Below the pieces are notes generated by a model. It was not told where the DNA came from. It saw only the letters and a list, made by a program, of their open reading frames with translations, and did not search any database. From a virus, in the IMG/VR virus record IMGVR_UViG_3300007986_000012: a DNA stretch of 64,000 bases, one strand, 5' to 3'. Shown here in pieces: positions 1 through 8,417 of the stretch. The position numbers were made by a program, and so were the translations under genes. Positions within the stretch are counted from its first letter, which is position 1. Each line of letters opens with the position of its first letter.

Positions 1-1
1 C

Positions 2-388
2 ATGAGCAACTTGTTTTCAGGTGCTACTGCTTTCAATGCAGATATTAGCTCTTGGGACGTTTCAAATGTTAGTAACATGACCTCAATGTTTTCAGGTGCT
101 ACTGCTTTCAATGCAGATATTAGCTCTTGGGACGTTTCAAATGTTAGTGACATGACCTCAATGTTTTCAGGTGCTACTGCTTTCAATGCAGATATTGGTT
201 CTTGGGATGTTAGTAGTGTAACTAATAGAAACCTTATGAGCTTTATGTTTGCAAACGCAACGTCGTTTGATCAAGACATATCCGGGTGGTGTGTTACAAA
301 TATTACCCCGGAACCATCAAGCTTTGCAATCAACAGTCCAATCAATGGAACGGCCAAACTTCCAGTATGGGGAACCTGTCCAGTTTAA
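2..388 (+). CDS. DUF285/BspA-type surface repeat protein, C-terminal part (5' end probably outside window)
   Basis: Three 25-aa units MFSGATAFNADISSWDVSNV plus a C-terminal WCVTNI..EP..F...PVWGTCP tail typical of DUF285 proteins. Confidence 0.85.
   Translation: MSNLFSGATAFNADISSWDVSNVSNMTSMFSGATAFNADISSWDVSNVSDMTSMFSGATAFNADIGSWDVSSVTNRNLMSFMFANATSFDQDISGWCVTNITPEPSSFAINSPINGTAKLPVWGTCPV
12..207 (+). repeat. 75-nt tandem coding repeat (about 2.6 copies)
   Basis: Units start at 12, 87 and 162 (tgttttcaggtgctactgctttcaatgcagatatt...); the first two differ at one base. Confidence 0.95.
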
Positions 389-400
389 AATTGTCGAATA

Positions 401-423
401 GGGCGACAGGGGTTCTGTCGCCC
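401..423. terminator. Hairpin between convergent genes, probable terminator
   Basis: GGGCGACAG-5nt-CTGTCGCCC, perfect 9-bp stem; U-tracts weak. Confidence 0.6.
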
Positions 424-456
424 GATTTATAACAATGATATTTGTAAGTTTACTTA

Positions 457-969
457 TTAGCGAATATATGGCTTCAGGTCTTGGAAATCTTTTTGTATGT
501 TGAGATTAAAGATTGGGATATTGTAGCTTTCGGCAATGCGCAAAGCCTGACCGGTGCCCCCGCTTGCTAACCCATCGTGTGTGTAACACACGACAAAATC
601 TACTGGTGAATTGAGGTCTTGGCCCAAAACCTGTAGTACGTTTCTAGCCATAAGTCTTTTTGCAAAGTCTGACAGGCTATTCCATCTTGGATGAAAATTT
701 TCGGCTATATTGAACGCACCTTTTGGTATTATATTAACAAACCTATCGTCATCTTGGGCTGGCTTTATAGTTCCAAACCCGACACAAGGCAAATATACTT
801 CCATTTTACCACCAACTTCCATTGCTCCTCTAATAAAAGACTCATCCGCGCCTCTGGCGTTACCACTCCTTAAAATCATACCACGACTGCCAAAAGTACG
901 CCCTATTTTTCGCATTATCTTGCAGAAGGGCTCTGGGGTTTCTCTAGAGCCGATGCCAGCATAAATCAC
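457..969 (-). CDS. SLOG-superfamily (DprA/Smf-like) protein
   Basis: N-terminal YAGIGSRETP, LRSGNARGAD, ARN..QVLG, GGTGQALRIA motifs; GTG start overlaps the upstream TGA. Confidence 0.8.
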   Translation of the reverse strand: MIYAGIGSRETPEPFCKIMRKIGRTFGSRGMILRSGNARGADESFIRGAMEVGGKMEVYLPCVGFGTIKPAQDDDRFVNIIPKGAFNIAENFHPRWNSLSDFAKRLMARNVLQVLGQDLNSPVDFVVCYTHDGLASGGTGQALRIAESYNIPIFNLNIQKDFQDLKPYIR

Positions 970-1793
970 AACTGCTTTCTATATTCTTCCATAACTACAT
1001 CAGACGCTTTTCTGACAACTTCCCTCGGGTCCATTGCGTACCAACCAGAACAGCTAAAAGAGTTCAGTTCAACTATTTTAGGACCTTCATTTGTTGTAGC
1101 TATATCAATACAAAAAAGTGTGTCCGGGAGCCAGTCGGAAGTATCAAGGATTCTTTGAACAGATTCCTTGGATTCTAGATTTACTTTTGTGTCTTCAACG
1201 TGGATGCCTTCGACTGCGTATCGGGAGCTTGCAAGAATTTCTCTGTTGCCGACAATAAATCTAGCCTCTTCTAATATCTTTTTGGGGGTAGATATCAAAA
1301 TCATCGAATCCAAATCGACTCCGTACATTTTAACAATAGCATCAAGTTCTCTAGGCAATTGTTCCATGCTCCAAACATCTCCGGTAAACTCTTTACATCC
1401 CCGGTTGGGTCTGAAAAAGAGTTGATCTATTCCCATAAGTTCAAAATAGTAATTCGGTTTTGTGATTAAATCGGACAGGGTACAGTACAAATGGTCGTGG
1501 TTCAAAAACATTCTGTCGTCTACATCAAGCAATGACATGTAGACGTTACAGTTGTATTTTAGATCATCGTAATAACAACCCCAAAACTGTCTCATTTTTT
1601 TCACCACACCAAGTGTGGTGTAGGTTATTACGGGCTCAGAGGTGTCAAAAGGTATTCTTCTATCTTCTATAAGAAACGGAATGTAATCGTATTCGAAAAA
1701 TTCTATTCCAAGTTCGTCAAATACTTCTACTGGTATTCTGGAACCATCGAATATGTACTTGTCAACTACCCATTTTGGTTTTAAATTTGTCAT
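966..1793 (-). CDS. ATP-grasp domain protein (DUF4343/R2K-like)
   Basis: FFRPNRGCKEFTG, EARFIV, CIDIA and IVELNSFSCSGWY motifs of ATP-grasp amidoligases. Confidence 0.75.
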   Translation of the reverse strand: MTNLKPKWVVDKYIFDGSRIPVEVFDELGIEFFEYDYIPFLIEDRRIPFDTSEPVITYTTLGVVKKMRQFWGCYYDDLKYNCNVYMSLLDVDDRMFLNHDHLYCTLSDLITKPNYYFELMGIDQLFFRPNRGCKEFTGDVWSMEQLPRELDAIVKMYGVDLDSMILISTPKKILEEARFIVGNREILASSRYAVEGIHVEDTKVNLESKESVQRILDTSDWLPDTLFCIDIATTNEGPKIVELNSFSCSGWYAMDPREVVRKASDVVMEEYRKQL

Positions 1794-2185
1794 TTTTTGA
1801 TTTCTCTTTGTGTATTAACATTTCTTCTAGATAGTCTTTATGAAGGGCCTAGGATATATCCACATACATAGATACCACTTCTGGGTCGTACCCGTGCGTA
1901 TGATGCATCCAAGCTTAAACCCTTCCGTTCAATCCGTGCGTTTCTATTAACTGCGGTACATGATTCTCTGCCTTACCAAGTAGTTGTAGATATTTTTTCT
2001 TCTTCGTAAATTTTGCTTGTGATATAATATTTAGTGTAAGTTTCTCTATGATTAGAACATTTTGGGGGCAACTCATCGTAGCGAACTTGTTCTCTAGTTC
2101 GACCACACCCCGTGCATTCGGCGGTTCTAGAATCATTAAAAAAATCTATGAGCGCCTTCCTCGTAGTTAGAAGAATGTCAAGCAT
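1762..2185 (-). pseudogene. Probable disrupted gene (one frameshift, two in-frame stops), CxxC-containing
   Basis: ORF 1973..2185 (CTGC..C..H) continues in the +1 frame at an A6 run (~1993-1998) as YLQLLGKAENHVP..GRV*AWMHHTHGYDPEVV..IS*ALHKDYLEEML. Confidence 0.4.
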
Positions 2186-2323
2186 AATAGGCTTTGATTA
2201 CCTCGTCTCTTTCTTGAGGATTCTTATTGAAGTAGTCCAACGCTATTTGGTCCATCCTGTTTGCCATCATTCAGTATCTCACTAATAATTGGGTGTTCTA
2301 TCAGCACTTCTAAAATCAATTTT

Positions 2324-2860
2324 TTAGAGCAGACCATCTTGTAAATATTCTAACATTGTCTGTGCGTCGGACACATCGAAAGGGTCGCCATCGAACTCGT
2401 CCATGCACATTGTTGGGCCGCAGGATTCACAGAAAAGAGCTTCTATGTACCCATTGTCGACAACCGCACTGTATCTCCACGAGCGCATGCCCAATCCCGC
2501 GTTGTTCTTGGAGCAAAGCATTCCCATTCCACGGGTAAATTCTCCATTTCCATCTGCAACCATTTCCACGTTTTCGATGTCTAGGCTATCAAACCATGCA
2601 GACATTGTAAAGACATCATTCACGCTAATACAGTAAACCTCATCGACCCCGGAGTCAATAATCTGATCGTACAGTTCATCAAATTCTGGAAGATGTCTAG
2701 AAGAACAAGTGGGAGTGAATGCTCCGGGCAACGCAAATACAACTACCCTTTTACCATCGAATAATTCTCCACTAAGTACCGGGCTCGTCTTCCCGTCTTC
2801 GTCTCTAATAAACACTCTAGCAGCCATTGGTACCAAGCTGTAGGCTTTAGCTATTGTCAC
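2324..2860 (-). CDS. Peroxiredoxin, Prx5-like
   Basis: VVVFALPGAFTPTCS peroxidatic motif, YCISVND.F, ADGNGEFT, RSWRYS. Confidence 0.92.
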   Translation of the reverse strand: MTIAKAYSLVPMAARVFIRDEDGKTSPVLSGELFDGKRVVVFALPGAFTPTCSSRHLPEFDELYDQIIDSGVDEVYCISVNDVFTMSAWFDSLDIENVEMVADGNGEFTRGMGMLCSKNNAGLGMRSWRYSAVVDNGYIEALFCESCGPTMCMDEFDGDPFDVSDAQTMLEYLQDGLL

Positions 2861-3162
2861 GATAATTTTCTCCTAGTATTAAAATCATAAATTTCAGCTC
2901 CTTCAGAAGGAAATGGTTTCTTTTCCTTGGCGGACATTTCAATAATAGAATGTTCTTCTTTGGTTGTCAAAGGCTTTTTCTTTCTGTTTTCTGCCAGACT
3001 CTGCATGAAAATTTTGTATTCTTTGACAAACCGAGAAGTTTGGACTTCATCCAAACCCTGCATTATCGCTAAGAAGAACGGTTCGATTTCTGGGTATAAA
3101 TTTGCTATGTCCGTTCTGGACAAGGCAATCTTTTTATTACCAAATTTTATAAGATATTCCAT
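2857..3162 (-). CDS. Hypothetical protein
   Basis: 101-aa ORF, 4-nt overlap with Prx gene, downstream of a sigma70-type promoter. Confidence 0.7.
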   Translation of the reverse strand: MEYLIKFGNKKIALSRTDIANLYPEIEPFFLAIMQGLDEVQTSRFVKEYKIFMQSLAENRKKKPLTTKEEHSIIEMSAKEKKPFPSEGAEIYDFNTRRKLS

Positions 3163-3202
3163 TAAGCACCTAGTTGTTGGTTGTTGTTAGTACAATAATT
3201 CA

Positions 3203-3231
3203 ATTATACATTGAAGAAGATCAACACGCAA
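3203..3231 (-). promoter_or_regulatory. sigma70-type promoter
   Basis: TTGCGT-N17-TATAAT about 40 nt upstream of the 3162 start. Confidence 0.65.
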
Positions 3232-3245
3232 TACAATTATCTCTT

Positions 3246-3740
3246 TCAACGCGTACTTGCTTCTGCTATTAAATCCCAGAATTTCTCCGGCTCTTCGTGT
3301 TTGTAGATATATTCACCACGATTTCTAACCCAAAATACTCGATTGCCATGTTTCCTACGATCTATATCAAGGTGTACCATGGGTTGAGGCTGTCTTCTAT
3401 TTACATTAGTATCCAAGTATACCCCAATTCCTTGCCATACAGTATTTTCAACTGCACAAATCCAAAAATCCATAACGGCTACAGAAGGAAAAACATCCAC
3501 CGCTTTTCCGAGAGAGCCATCGCCAATATAATGTCTGCTGTTCTTGGACCCGGTACGCCGTACAAGACCGTCTGGAACTCCACTTGGAAAAACCGACCGC
3601 CCAAATGCATATCTAGTTATATCTAAGTTATACAACACCTCTGCGTTTACGTATTTCAAATCTTCTGGAACTGGCCATTCGCTTGGAGAAAAATTAGATG
3701 TTGGTGTGTTTTTCAAATAATCATACGCATTTTTAAACAT
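3246..3740 (-). CDS. Peptidase M15-family protein, candidate endolysin
   Basis: SRHYIG...KAVDVF and GIGVY...MVHLDI zinc-peptidase motifs. Confidence 0.75.
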   Translation of the reverse strand: MFKNAYDYLKNTPTSNFSPSEWPVPEDLKYVNAEVLYNLDITRYAFGRSVFPSGVPDGLVRRTGSKNSRHYIGDGSLGKAVDVFPSVAVMDFWICAVENTVWQGIGVYLDTNVNRRQPQPMVHLDIDRRKHGNRVFWVRNRGEYIYKHEEPEKFWDLIAEASTR

Positions 3741-3831
3741 ATGTTGGTCTTTATTGTTGGTCTAGTTCGACTTTATTTATGCTAATGGGTCGGAATAATA
3801 AATACAGTAGTCGGAAAATTAAGGAAAAAAA

Positions 3832-4808
3832 ATGGCCTCGGAAAAATATGTATATGTCGTTGAAGAAGGTAAAAGACCCCGAAGAGATGTATTGAGCGCT
3901 GCATTTGCGCCCACTTCTACAACCTTTAGCGTGGGTTCGGGGGGAGACTTCCCTACATTGGGTGCTGCATTGGCACACTTAGATTCATTTGTTTCAACAA
4001 ATTTTCAACAAGTTATTATCAATATATTGTCTGGATATGTTTTAAAGAGAATCTGGTTTTAAAAAATAAAGATTATAAAAATGTAAAAATCACAAGTGAT
4101 GATGACACTGTTCTAGTCTCCAGAGAATATATGCTTTCCCTTGGTGATGATGACTCTGCAGCCTTCGTTAGTGCCACTAACACCATACTACCCCTAATAG
4201 CAACTCATTTTAAGCTAGATGACACCGGGACCCTGTATGCTGGAAACAATAATTTAGGTAACCATCGAGCGGGACTTTCCCTCTTTTCTGCTTCACAGTT
4301 GGTTTTTGAGAACGATTACAACAATGGTGGAAAGGTCTCTGGAATTTCTGATTTTTTGACTAACAACATTTTTTGTGCACAGTCGTCTGTAACTTTAGGC
4401 AACGGAAGTTTTTCGCGAGATACCGGGACCGGTCAGAATTATGAGGTAGATTATACTTTTTCGGGTGGGGCTCTGGGGTGGCTTGACAATATTGGGGCGT
4501 ACTGGGGCTCAAACGTTAACGTGGTAGGGGGCAGTGTCAGTGGCTCTGCTAACGTGAATTTGGACCTCAGCCCCGGTTGTCGAGGGTATATTCAACAGGC
4601 GTCTATAATCAACAGCGAACACGATTGTTTAGCAGTACGTGGCTCAAATTGTGTAATAAATCTTTGTACTGTTCGTAAAGATGGCGCAAATGACAGTGCG
4701 GATGACGTTGTAGTATCCGACGGTGGGGTGGTTTCTATAATCAACAGCAACTGTGGGGTTTCACAAACAGCCAACACCATTACCGCAAATGGTATAATCA
4801 TGAGGTAA
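3832..4808 (+). CDS. Tail-spike/fibre-like beta-helix protein, split over ORFs 3832..4062 and 4131..4808 and joined by a -1 shift at 4041-4047 (fused 325 aa)
   Basis: TFSVGSGGDFPTL motif; G/S/N/V-rich beta repeats; C-terminal QTANTITANGIIMR; -1 frame open from 4047 to the ATG at 4131; TAAATA at 3799. Confidence 0.6.
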
Positions 4809-4829
4809 TGAGAAGTCTAACATTAAACA

Positions 4830-4855
4830 AAAAAGCCGGGACCTCCCGGCTTTTT
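4830..4855. terminator. Bidirectional intrinsic terminator
   Basis: AAAAAGCCGGG-ACCT-CCCGGCTTTTT between convergent genes. Confidence 0.9.
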
Positions 4856-5282
4856 ATAGCTCTTTAATGGCTTCCAGCAATTTAGGATATGCTACTCTTT
4901 CAATCTCTTCTTTGTGAGTCGAATCGACTTCCGAGAAAAGTGCTCCCTGTTTTTCCCCATATGTAAGATGTACAAACAAATCGTATTTCAGATTTTTTAT
5001 CTGGTCTGGCTGTATGACTTTTCCCCAATGATCTCTTTTTCCTTTTATATACTCACCATATAAATTAGTAAAGTAAGCTGTTCCCTCCCACCCCTGCACA
5101 CCATTCAAAAAATATGCGGGGTCTGAAAACAACGAGGGAGTTCTTTTTTCATCCAAATCCACAACAATACTTCCTTCTGCAACGAATTTACGATGAGTTG
5201 GAAGGAACTCATGGTCTGTTTGGTATACAGCAATTCTTTTTGGACCAGAATCAGTTGGGTTCATTATTTCTGTTAGTTTCAA
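4854..5282 (-). CDS. Hypothetical protein, late promoter
   Basis: 142-aa ORF; TATAAATA at 5306-5313 (minus); N-terminus MKLTEI. Confidence 0.75.
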   Translation of the reverse strand: MKLTEIMNPTDSGPKRIAVYQTDHEFLPTHRKFVAEGSIVVDLDEKRTPSLFSDPAYFLNGVQGWEGTAYFTNLYGEYIKGKRDHWGKVIQPDQIKNLKYDLFVHLTYGEKQGALFSEVDSTHKEEIERVAYPKLLEAIKEL

Positions 5283-5354
5283 TTTTTTGTCTCGGATACT
5301 GTTTGTATTTATATATTATTCGGGTAGAATTAATAACAAAGTTATTTAACGATA

Positions 5355-6470
5355 TCATAAACTGAAATTTTTAAAAGCCTCGTTTTCTACTTTTTTGTCT
5401 ACTTCACCAACAAGATACGTTGATATCTCAACTTCCTGTGGGGCGTTTTGTGTTTCTCGGCCAGCTATCCACGATTCTGTCCACGATAGAGGATTGTCTC
5501 TAGGCACCACGTATGGACTACTCAACCCGATTCTTGTCATTCGTTTGTTTGCAATCCATTCTACATAATCTTTCAACAGTTGTGCGTTCAGTCCTAGCAT
5601 AGACCCGTCTTTGAAGAGATAATCGGCCCATGCTTTTTCCTGATCTACAGCACTAATAAACATTTGGACACAATCTTCTTCGGTTTCGCTACGTATTTTT
5701 ATAAAATCTGGGTCATCTTTTTCTAAAGTATTCAGCAAGAATTGTGTGAACCCCAGATGCAAATTTTCGTCCCTGCAAATGAACTTTATTATTTTGGCAT
5801 TCCCTTCCATCTTGTCCTGTTCAGCAAAAGCCCACGAACAAGCAAAGCTCACATAAAACCTGATCCCTTCCAAAATGTTGACGGCCATCAATGCCATCCA
5901 TAGGGCTTTTTTGTGTTCATATTTGCTGACTGGTGCGTCATACCCATTAACATCGACGTAGTTAGTGATAGCTATCAAATTATCATAATGTTTGCTGATG
6001 TCGGAGGCACATTCCAGAATTTCCGGTATGTTGTTTATTTCATCAAACACCATAGACGGGTTCGGCAATACGTTGCGGATAATGTGAGTGTACGATTGAT
6101 TGTGAATACCTTCAACAAAGGACCACACCTCGATGAAAGATTCTATTTCCGGTAATGTTGTTATGGGAAGAAACGCTAGATTCGGTGATCTTCCTTGAAC
6201 AGAGTCTAAGAGAATCTGTCTTTTCAAATTAGACAAAAATATATGTTTCTCGTGATCTGACAGGTCCCTAAAATCTTTGGCGTCTCTTGATATGTTAATT
6301 TCTTCTGGACGCCAAAAGAAACTAAGTTGTTTTTCATACATCTTAGTGGCTTTTGGATATTTAACGTCGTCATAACGAGCTATCGTTACCGAAGTATTTT
6401 GATCATCCAAGAACATTGTACATTTCTTGTGAGACTTTTTGTTGTCTGGGTTATAAACGCTTTTAGTCAT
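5355..6470 (-). CDS. nrdB: Ribonucleotide reductase class Ia beta subunit
   Basis: FFWRPEEI, QILLDSVQGR, EGIHNQSY (Fe ligand and Tyr radical), NILEGIRFYVSF, RDENLH, APQEVE. Confidence 0.97.
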   Translation of the reverse strand: MTKSVYNPDNKKSHKKCTMFLDDQNTSVTIARYDDVKYPKATKMYEKQLSFFWRPEEINISRDAKDFRDLSDHEKHIFLSNLKRQILLDSVQGRSPNLAFLPITTLPEIESFIEVWSFVEGIHNQSYTHIIRNVLPNPSMVFDEINNIPEILECASDISKHYDNLIAITNYVDVNGYDAPVSKYEHKKALWMALMAVNILEGIRFYVSFACSWAFAEQDKMEGNAKIIKFICRDENLHLGFTQFLLNTLEKDDPDFIKIRSETEEDCVQMFISAVDQEKAWADYLFKDGSMLGLNAQLLKDYVEWIANKRMTRIGLSSPYVVPRDNPLSWTESWIAGRETQNAPQEVEISTYLVGEVDKKVENEAFKNFSL

Positions 6471-6492
6471 ATCTTTCCTTAGTTATTATACT

Positions 6493-7032
6493 TTATAATA
6501 TGCATGAAGAACAACCTTCTTCATCGTCAAGTTCCTCGGTCTTGGGCTCTAATACTACTTCGACTTCTTCCTTTTCTTCCCCGGCACCATCATAAGTATT
6601 GTGATAGTATAAGGTCTTGCCACCATATTTGTAAAACTCAAGGAGTTGCTTTAAAAGCTCCTGAAGAGGGACCTTATTGTCCGGATAGTTTTCTGGGTTG
6701 ATGCTGACATTTGCTGAAATAGTTTGGTCAACATACTTTTGTATAATGTTCATTATCCTCAAATAACCATCTGGTGACTTTTGTTCCCATAGAAGATCGT
6801 ACTTGTTCTTCAGGCGATAGATTTCAGGAACCACCTGTTTCATTTTGCCGTCCTTAGAACTTTTCTCGCTGATCAACCCTCTGGGCGGCTCTACGCCGTT
6901 GGTGGCATTAGCTAATTGTGAAGAAGTATTGTGACTTATCGATCCATTTGATAGGGCGTATTGTTCGGTATCCGTAGATATATCCCAAGTGTGTTCTACG
7001 CCCACATTTCGTTTTATGCTTTTAATTTTCAT
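6493..7032 (-). CDS. nrdA: NrdA C-terminal fragment preceded by split-intein C-half
   Basis: 35-aa IntC ending SHN, then TSSQLANATNGVEPPR, KYVDQTIS, GGKTLYY and C-terminal CSSC redox pair. Confidence 0.93.
   Translation of the reverse strand: MKIKSIKRNVGVEHTWDISTDTEQYALSNGSISHNTSSQLANATNGVEPPRGLISEKSSKDGKMKQVVPEIYRLKNKYDLLWEQKSPDGYLRIMNIIQKYVDQTISANVSINPENYPDNKVPLQELLKQLLEFYKYGGKTLYYHNTYDGAGEEKEEVEVVLEPKTEELDDEEGCSSCIL
6928..7032 (-). mobile_element. Split intein 2, C-half (+1 residue Thr)
   Basis: MKIKSIK...TWDIST...YALSNGSISHN|T; SD GAGG upstream. Confidence 0.88.
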
Positions 7033-8017
7033 TGTGTAATTCCTCTATTGTTATTGTACATTTTCCTTGTTTAGACAGATTTTCCTCCCAAGGAATAAAT
7101 TCCAAATTCTTCTTGTCGCCTATAATTTCTGGCGGTATACCTTCTATAAATCCCCTAGATATAGAAAATTTGTGATCTAGATGGTATGCTCCATCCTCCC
7201 CAGCTTTTCCTCTAAGATAAAAATTCTTTAATTCAGATAGGTCATTTTGATTGGTATGCGACCATACTTCTCTTTTATAGGATTCATATTCTGTCAAGGA
7301 TTCATATGGCACCCAAATCCCAGAATCTTCCATGGTTTTCCTCAATTTTTTCATTCTAGCAGAAAATTCTTCGTCGGTTAGCTTTTTCTTAGAATTATGG
7401 CCCCTGACCTCTCGTATTTTTTCTTTTATCTCCACTTCAGTCATTTCTGTAGTTTTTTTCAAATATTCTGCATAAGAGTCTATTCCTTTCTTTTTGTCGT
7501 GTATTTTTCTTATATTCTTTTTCGCGTACTCCAATGATTTTCCGCGCTTAATGTAATACTCTACATGGAGTGGGCTATTTTCTCTTTGATATTCTTTCGC
7601 TTTTTCAATCGAAGTAGATTCATCCAAGCCCCGTTTCATGTAAAATTCCTTACAGCGCGGAGATTGTGCCCTTCCATTTTCTTTGGCCAATTCCCACCCA
7701 CTTCGTAAGGTTTTTTCTGCCCAAGACTCATATTTTTTTAGTCCTTCGACTTTGCCATATCTTTTTACAAAGTTGTCCTTAGATGTTGCTTTAGACCTTT
7801 TAAATTGTTCTATAGTTTTTTCTGCTTCTTCCAAAGAACAATTGTCTCGCTTCATTACATATTTCGGATCATATGGGTTGGCTTTTTTTATCTTCTTCCC
7901 TCTATTCCACGCATTCTTTTCTTTCAACAACCAAATAGTTTTTTCTGCTTCTTCCAAAGAACAATTGTCTCGCTTCATTACATATTTCGGATCATACGGA
8001 TTAAATTTTTTGGTCAT
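7022..8017 (-). CDS. Free-standing HNH homing endonuclease with N-terminal repeats
   Basis: C-terminal YHLDHKFSISRGF...NLEFIPWEENLSK; duplicated NPYDPKYVMKRDNCSLEEAEKTI; lies between nrdA fragments. Confidence 0.8.
   Translation of the reverse strand: MTKKFNPYDPKYVMKRDNCSLEEAEKTIWLLKEKNAWNRGKKIKKANPYDPKYVMKRDNCSLEEAEKTIEQFKRSKATSKDNFVKRYGKVEGLKKYESWAEKTLRSGWELAKENGRAQSPRCKEFYMKRGLDESTSIEKAKEYQRENSPLHVEYYIKRGKSLEYAKKNIRKIHDKKKGIDSYAEYLKKTTEMTEVEIKEKIREVRGHNSKKKLTDEEFSARMKKLRKTMEDSGIWVPYESLTEYESYKREVWSHTNQNDLSELKNFYLRGKAGEDGAYHLDHKFSISRGFIEGIPPEIIGDKKNLEFIPWEENLSKQGKCTITIEELHNEN
7812..7996 (-). repeat. Perfect 62-bp direct repeat (period 123) within the HNH gene
   Basis: 7812-7873 is identical to 7935-7996. 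Confidence 0.92.
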
Positions 8018-8023
8018 GCCAAT

Positions 8024-8035
8024 CCCCCCCCCCCC
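8024..8035 (-). repeat. G12 homopolymer in the 5' UTR of the HNH gene
   Basis: Twelve C on plus strand, ending 6 nt before the ATG at 8017. Confidence 0.9.
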
Positions 8036-8069
8036 GGTCTTCCAAGTTGGCGTTAATGCCGTTACTTTT

Positions 8070-8417
8070 TTATTTAGTATTAACGCTAACTACATTGTCA
8101 TTTTCTCTTAAATCCTTGATCTCGATCCATTGGCTGCTTCCGCCCCTATCAACTAACAATCTATGATTTTCAGTGAACTTGTATGATGATCCGTCTTCAA
8201 ATTCTATTTCAATGATTTCTTTAGGTCCATTGTAATAAAACTCGTGAGCTATAGAGTCAGACAACTCTACGGGTTTCAGGAAAGAAAACCGTTGTCCAAT
8301 CATAAACGGGTTGCTATGAATGTCTTCTATGGAAATGTTTCCGTACTCTCGGATTAGTTTTTCGAGTGTTGTTTTAGAACCGTCTTTCATTAGTATCTCG
8401 TTGTCCAAGCTCTGGCA
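8070..8417 (-). mobile_element. Split intein 2, N-half
   Basis: Starts CQSLDNEILMKDG after LMPSE; block B FTENHRLL; ends at a stop with no HN motif. Confidence 0.88.
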
